Below are positions 54,863 to 58,567 of a stretch of DNA of 58,567 nucleotides, in pieces (position 1 is the stretch's first letter; every line of letters begins with the position of its first letter). A program made the translations under genes and the position numbers. Below the pieces are notes generated by a model, which saw only the letters and a list, made by a program, of their open reading frames with translations, was not told the origin of the DNA and made no database searches. The DNA comes from Candidatus Woesearchaeota archaeon. Lineage in GTDB: Archaea; Nanobdellota; Nanobdellia; Woesearchaeales; UBA10216. The stretch is from positions 1 through 58,567 of the forward strand of contig JACPBZ010000006.1 in assembly GCA_016180105.1 (NCBI GenBank), read 5' to 3'.

Positions 54863-55903
54863 ATGGGATTCGCCAACGAGCTTTTTGAAGGCGTAGGAAA
54901 GGCATTCATATTCCAGAGACTGAGGCCCAAGCTCAAAAGCTACCTCTCCAAGGCAGGCATCGCGGAAGTGCCATACTTCCTTATAGGCTCCTTTTTCTGG
55001 ATAAGCATAATACCAGTCGCATACCTGTTCATATACTACATATGGGAAAAAATCCTGGAGAAAAGCTCAAGCCCCATAATCCAATTCTTCCTCGCAGTCA
55101 TAGCCTGGTCAATAGTCCACCTCGGGATCCTGGCTGCAATAGCAATTGCGGCATACGTCTACCTTGACCTGAAAATATTCAACAGAACAAAAAAAATGGA
55201 AGAAGTCCTGCCAGACTTCCTCAGGCTGGTTTCAGAAAACCTCAAGGGCGGCATGCCATTCGAAAGGTCGCTATGGAGCGCGATAAAGCCTGAATTCGGC
55301 ATACTGGGCCAGGAGGTAAGGCTGGCAGCCAAAAAGGTAATGACGGGCACGGACGTGGACGAAGCGATAATCGAGTTCACGTCAAAATACGACTCACCGA
55401 TGCTGCGCAGGTCGTTTGACCTGATACTTGAAGGAATGAAAGGCGGCGGAAAAATAGCAGACGTCATCGACAGGGTCATAGACACCATTGAGGAAACAAG
55501 GGAACTCAAGGCGGAAATGTCAGCGACCAACCTGTCCTACATGATTTTCGTGGTAGTCATAGTCGTCGTAGTTGCCCCGGGATTGTTCACCCTCTCCTTC
55601 CAATTCCTAACCATACTGCAAGGCCTTGGCGAAAGGATATCCTCCTCAGGAGCCCAGCAAGCTGGAGCTGGCATGCCAATAAACTTTGGAAGCGTCTCAG
55701 TAGAGCCTGAAAAATTCAAGGAGTTCTCAAGATACGCATTGATGGTAATATCAGTATTTGCAAGCATGATAATCTCGCTCATAAGCAAGGGCAGCATAAA
55801 AGGAGGAGTAAAATTCATCCCCCTAATGTTCCTTGGCTCGCAATTTGTCTACGCTGTCGCGATGAAAATAGGCACCAGCGTGTTTGCCGGGTTCTTTGCG
55901 TGA
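54863..55903 (+). CDS. T2SSF-domain platform membrane protein (TadC / FlaJ C-half-like)
   Basis: LPDFLRLVSENLKGGMPFERSLWSA...FDLILEGMKGGGKIADVI flanked by TM helices. Starts 1 nt after the previous stop. Confidence 0.75.
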   Translation: MGFANELFEGVGKAFIFQRLRPKLKSYLSKAGIAEVPYFLIGSFFWISIIPVAYLFIYYIWEKILEKSSSPIIQFFLAVIAWSIVHLGILAAIAIAAYVYLDLKIFNRTKKMEEVLPDFLRLVSENLKGGMPFERSLWSAIKPEFGILGQEVRLAAKKVMTGTDVDEAIIEFTSKYDSPMLRRSFDLILEGMKGGGKIADVIDRVIDTIEETRELKAEMSATNLSYMIFVVVIVVVVAPGLFTLSFQFLTILQGLGERISSSGAQQAGAGMPINFGSVSVEPEKFKEFSRYALMVISVFASMIISLISKGSIKGGVKFIPLMFLGSQFVYAVAMKIGTSVFAGFFA

Positions 55904-56971
55904 CAGGAAACTGTGAAGAGTTTTAGCCGCAGAGGGAAAAAGGGAAGATGGAAGCTTATTTGCGGGAAACCACTGCCAGGACTCCCAATCCGCTGGCTTA
56001 GTGACCCTGGGATTGCCAGAAGCAGTCGCGACAATACCCGTAACCAAATACTTCTTTCCCAAGCCAGTAACTTCGTTTTTGCAGAAAACTGAAAAAGCCT
56101 CAAGGCTCAGTCCAGTCTCATCAAGCAGCTGCTTTCGAACTGCCGATTCGCCAAAATTAGAAATTTCCCTGCCGGGCAGGCCCCATAAGTACTTACCACC
56201 ACCGCTCCATTTTTCGGCAATCTTGCCAAGAAGAATGTTGCCATCACGCCGAACAACTATGTCCACAGACTGCCTTACCTTGTTCCCAGACAAAAGAAGC
56301 TCAACCTCCTCTCCAGTCAAGTCGCGCCACAGGCCAGGCTTAAGCTTGCCAACCCCGATCGGCCCTATCCTGCTTCGGGTAATCCTGTGAACGTAATTCC
56401 CGACCGCCTTGAACAGCCTCTTGACAACCTTGTGCCTGCCCTCGTGAACAACCACCTCGGCAATGTTCTTTTCAATTTGCCTGATCTTGGCGGAAACCCG
56501 CCTGTTGTCAACATAAATGCCCCTCGTTATGGCAGAGACATCTTCAGGCCTGAGCTTATCCTTCAGCTTGACGACATAAGTCTTCTCGACCTCAAACCTT
56601 GGGTGCATAACCCGGTTTGCGAACTCACCATCGTTGGTCAGGATAAGCAAGCCCTCAGCGTCAACATCCAACCTCCCAACAGGATAAACCGTCTCAGGAA
56701 CATCAACCAGGTCCGTAACCAGCTTCGTGGCAAACTTGTCCGCAGTCGTGGTCACGTAGCCTGAAGGCTTGTAAAGCAAAATGTAACGCTTCCTTTCAGC
56801 AGCCACCCTCTTTCCATCAACAGTAATTTCATCACTGCCCAGCTCTGCCTGCTGGCCTATAACCGCAACCTTGCCATTGACCCTTACCCTGCCCTGAAGG
56901 ATAAGCTCCTCAGACTTTCGCCTGGAAGCCACCCCGGCTGCCGAAAGTATTTTCTGCACGCGCTGCAACAT
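55823..56971 (-). CDS. RsuA/RluB-family pseudouridine synthase (S4 + catalytic domain) fused to a C-terminal Nudix domain
   Basis: MLQRVQKILSAAGVASRRKSEELI is the S4 domain and GRLDVDAEGLLILTNDGEF the catalytic-Asp motif. The C-terminal LPGREISNFGESAVRKQLLDETGL is a slightly degenerate Nudix box. ATG 56971 is preferred over 57037. Confidence 0.8.
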   Translation of the reverse strand: MLQRVQKILSAAGVASRRKSEELILQGRVRVNGKVAVIGQQAELGSDEITVDGKRVAAERKRYILLYKPSGYVTTTADKFATKLVTDLVDVPETVYPVGRLDVDAEGLLILTNDGEFANRVMHPRFEVEKTYVVKLKDKLRPEDVSAITRGIYVDNRRVSAKIRQIEKNIAEVVVHEGRHKVVKRLFKAVGNYVHRITRSRIGPIGVGKLKPGLWRDLTGEEVELLLSGNKVRQSVDIVVRRDGNILLGKIAEKWSGGGKYLWGLPGREISNFGESAVRKQLLDETGLSLEAFSVFCKNEVTGLGKKYLVTGIVATASGNPRVTKPADWESWQWFPANKLPSSLFPSAAKTLHSFLSRKEPGKHAGAYFHRDSVDKLRAKEH

Positions 56972-56993
56972 AAGCCCTGAGGGCATAGCAAAG

Positions 56994-57003
56994 TTATTTA
57001 ATA
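56994..57003. promoter_or_regulatory. Single TATA-like element (TTATTTAATA) centred in the 54-nt gap between the divergent rluB-nudix and cbf5 genes
   Basis: The element lies 23-32 nt from both start codons (56971 and 57026). That spacing fits two leaderless divergent transcripts. Confidence 0.45.
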
Positions 57004-57025
57004 CTTCCCTATTTGCCCGCAACCC

Positions 57026-58024
57026 ATGGAAAAACACGATTCCCTGCCCTTCGAGAAAGTAAAAAGGGAAACCCTAATCAAGAAACGAGATGCGGCCACA
57101 TCGACAGACCACGGCTGCAGCCCCAATGAGAGGCAAACTGAAGACCTGGTCAGCTATGGCATAATAAACCTCGACAAGCCCGCAGGCCCCACATCACACC
57201 AGGTAACATCATACGTCAGGGACATACTCGGAGTGAAAAAATGCGGGCACAGCGGAACACTCGACCCAAACGTCACAGGAATCCTCCCAATCGCAGTCGG
57301 AAGGGCCACCCGAATAGTCCAGCTATTACTGACTGCCGGAAAGGAATACATCTGCCTCATGCACATTCACAAAGAAGTGCCAGAGGAAAGGCTTCGGCAA
57401 GTCATTGCGGAATTCACCGGGAAGATAAAGCAGCTGCCACCCGTCAGAAGCTCAGTAAAAAGGCAGCTACGGGAAAGAACGGTTTATTACTTTGAAGTCC
57501 TGGAAATAGACGGCAAGGATGTGCTCTTCAAAGTCGGCACGCAGGCCGGGACATACATCAGAAAGCTCGTCTCTGACATTGGCGGGAAAGTAGGCGGGGC
57601 GCACATGGTGGAACTGCGAAGGACAAAGGCAGGGCCATTCAACGAAACAGGCGGAACCGTGGCAACACTTCAAGACGTTTCTGACGCATACCACTACTAC
57701 AAAAACGAAGGAAACGACAAGCTAATCAGGCGCATAATCCAGCCAGTTGAGAATGCAGTTGCCCACATCCCCAAAATCTGGGTAATGGACTCAACTATCG
57801 AGAGCCTGTGCCACGGCGCGCCGCTGCACGTGCCGGGCATCGCAAAGCTTGAAAGCGGCATAAGGAAAGGCGATACCATTGCCATAATGTCGCTGAAGGA
57901 TGAGCTGATTGCCTATGGAAAGGCAACAGAAGACTCTGAAAAAATCCTAAAGGACGAAAAAGGCCTTGCCGCAAAGCCCGAAGCAGTATTCATGAAGGAA
58001 GGAACTTATCCGCGCTTAAAATAA
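57026..58024 (+). CDS. cbf5: H/ACA RNP pseudouridine synthase Cbf5 (TruB family, with PUA domain)
   Basis: GIINLDKPAGPTSHQV, the HSGTLDPNVTGILPI catalytic Asp motif, and a C-terminal PUA-like region. Confidence 0.93.
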   Translation: MEKHDSLPFEKVKRETLIKKRDAATSTDHGCSPNERQTEDLVSYGIINLDKPAGPTSHQVTSYVRDILGVKKCGHSGTLDPNVTGILPIAVGRATRIVQLLLTAGKEYICLMHIHKEVPEERLRQVIAEFTGKIKQLPPVRSSVKRQLRERTVYYFEVLEIDGKDVLFKVGTQAGTYIRKLVSDIGGKVGGAHMVELRRTKAGPFNETGGTVATLQDVSDAYHYYKNEGNDKLIRRIIQPVENAVAHIPKIWVMDSTIESLCHGAPLHVPGIAKLESGIRKGDTIAIMSLKDELIAYGKATEDSEKILKDEKGLAAKPEAVFMKEGTYPRLK

Positions 58025-58567
58025 CTGAAGGCTTCTGAATCAACGCAACAACTTTACTCGTAAGCACCCGCCGCAGCTTGTATGTGCTAGCGTGCGTGGC
58101 ATAGGCATTCCATCCTCGCAGGCTTTCCAGCACAGCAGCCGGTTCTGCTTTGCCCTCTTTGAGCAGCGTGGCAAAGTTATCCAAACGCCGCAACGCTTTC
58201 CTTACGTTCTTCTTTCTCAAAAGGCGAAAATAGTAGAAGCACCTGAAGCCGAGAAAATCAACACCGCGACCAAACGGCGTAATGCGTGACTTTTGCGGAT
58301 GAAGAGCAAGCAGAAGCTCTCTCTGAAGAAACTTGTTAACCTCAAGCTTCCATTCCGCCAACTGTTTTGCGGAATTGTGCAGGATGACGAAATCGTCAAC
58401 ATACCTGATGTAGAATCTTGCTTTAAGCGTGTGCTTTACGAACTGGTCAAGCTCGTTAAGGTAAATGTTTGCGAAGAACTGGCTTGTGAGATTGCCTAGG
58501 GGCATTCCCTTGCCGCGCACCTTGCAAGCATGGTTGCGCAAAACTTTCCAAATCAGCTCCAAAACGT
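57990..58567 (-). CDS. Reverse transcriptase, DGR type; N-terminus lies beyond the right window edge
   Basis: The frame is open to the edge. MPLGNLTSQFFANIYLNELD carries (I/L)GxxxSQ, and IRYVDDFVIL carries YxDD. The C-terminus reads VDFLGFR...LLRKKNVRKALRRL...LRGWNAYATHASTYKLR. The TTG start in the track is an artefact of truncation. Confidence 0.75.
   Translation of the reverse strand, partial: VLELIWKVLRNHACKVRGKGMPLGNLTSQFFANIYLNELDQFVKHTLKARFYIRYVDDFVILHNSAKQLAEWKLEVNKFLQRELLLALHPQKSRITPFGRGVDFLGFRCFYYFRLLRKKNVRKALRRLDNFATLLKEGKAEPAAVLESLRGWNAYATHASTYKLRRVLTSKVVALIQKPSVILSADKFLPS

Noticed and set aside
57990-58567. Group II intron maturase or retron RT interpretation
   Set aside because: Motif 4 is LGNLTSQ (DGR-like), not QGxxxSP. 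No maturase X or endonuclease-like C-terminus is present. The 3' flank is cbf5 coding sequence rather than intron domains V/VI or an msr/msd-like structure. This still needs phylogenetic confirmation.

Overview
Gene-dense archaeal chromosomal segment, roughly 90% coding. It may be a complete metagenomic contig, because both edges cut genes. All calls come from reading the supplied translations and the DNA; no searches were run.

Archaeal origin is supported by aEF-1alpha, aIF2-alpha, Nop10, Cbf5, aCPSF1, proteasome beta, a PAC2 chaperone, GINS, prefoldin alpha, SepF and an S-layer protein. It is also supported by the e-type ribosomal proteins S27e, L44e, S19e, L39e, L31e and S3Ae, and by TATA-like boxes 25-30 nt upstream of many starts. 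The mix of a bacterial-type grpE-dnaK-dnaJ locus, H+-PPase, dPGM, abundant toxin-antitoxin genes and a DGR-type reverse transcriptase suggests a small-genome, DPANN-like archaeon. That placement is inference only.

Housekeeping content:
- Protein quality control and repair: aCPSF1, psmB, pcm, ogg, and grpE-dnaK-(2 inserted genes)-dnaJ.
- Division, translation and export: sepF, tpiA, tuf-rps10-prs, pfdA-ftsY.
- Energy and glycolysis: hppA, gpmA, eno.
- Conserved ribosomal strings: PAC2-nop10-aIF2alpha-S27e-L44e, and S19e-PDCD5-like-L39e-L31e.
- Others: GINS, a DEAD-box helicase, S3Ae, cbf5 and one tRNA-Leu(UAG).

Accessory or unusual content:
1. Six PIN-domain genes with AbrB-type or RHH-type partners.
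2. Two paralogous wHTH-nucleotidyltransferase / HEPN-like cassettes. One is translationally coupled to two HIT-like proteins that lack the nucleophilic histidine and to a frameshifted ASCH/DUF3850 gene.
3. A GC-rich, roughly 330-nt structured non-coding block of unresolved class.
4. An orphan-gene island bounded by a transposase stub and a truncated Hel308-like helicase.
5. An S-layer gene next to three large polytopic (two of them GT-C-like) membrane proteins and a radical-SAM gene.
6. A type IV pilus / Tad-like ATPase with a split platform protein, preceded by a 738-aa wHTH plus five-repeat helical protein.
7. An RluB-type pseudouridine synthase fused to a Nudix domain, sharing a bidirectional promoter with cbf5.
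8. A DGR-type reverse transcriptase truncated by the right edge.

No rRNA and no CRISPR array were seen.
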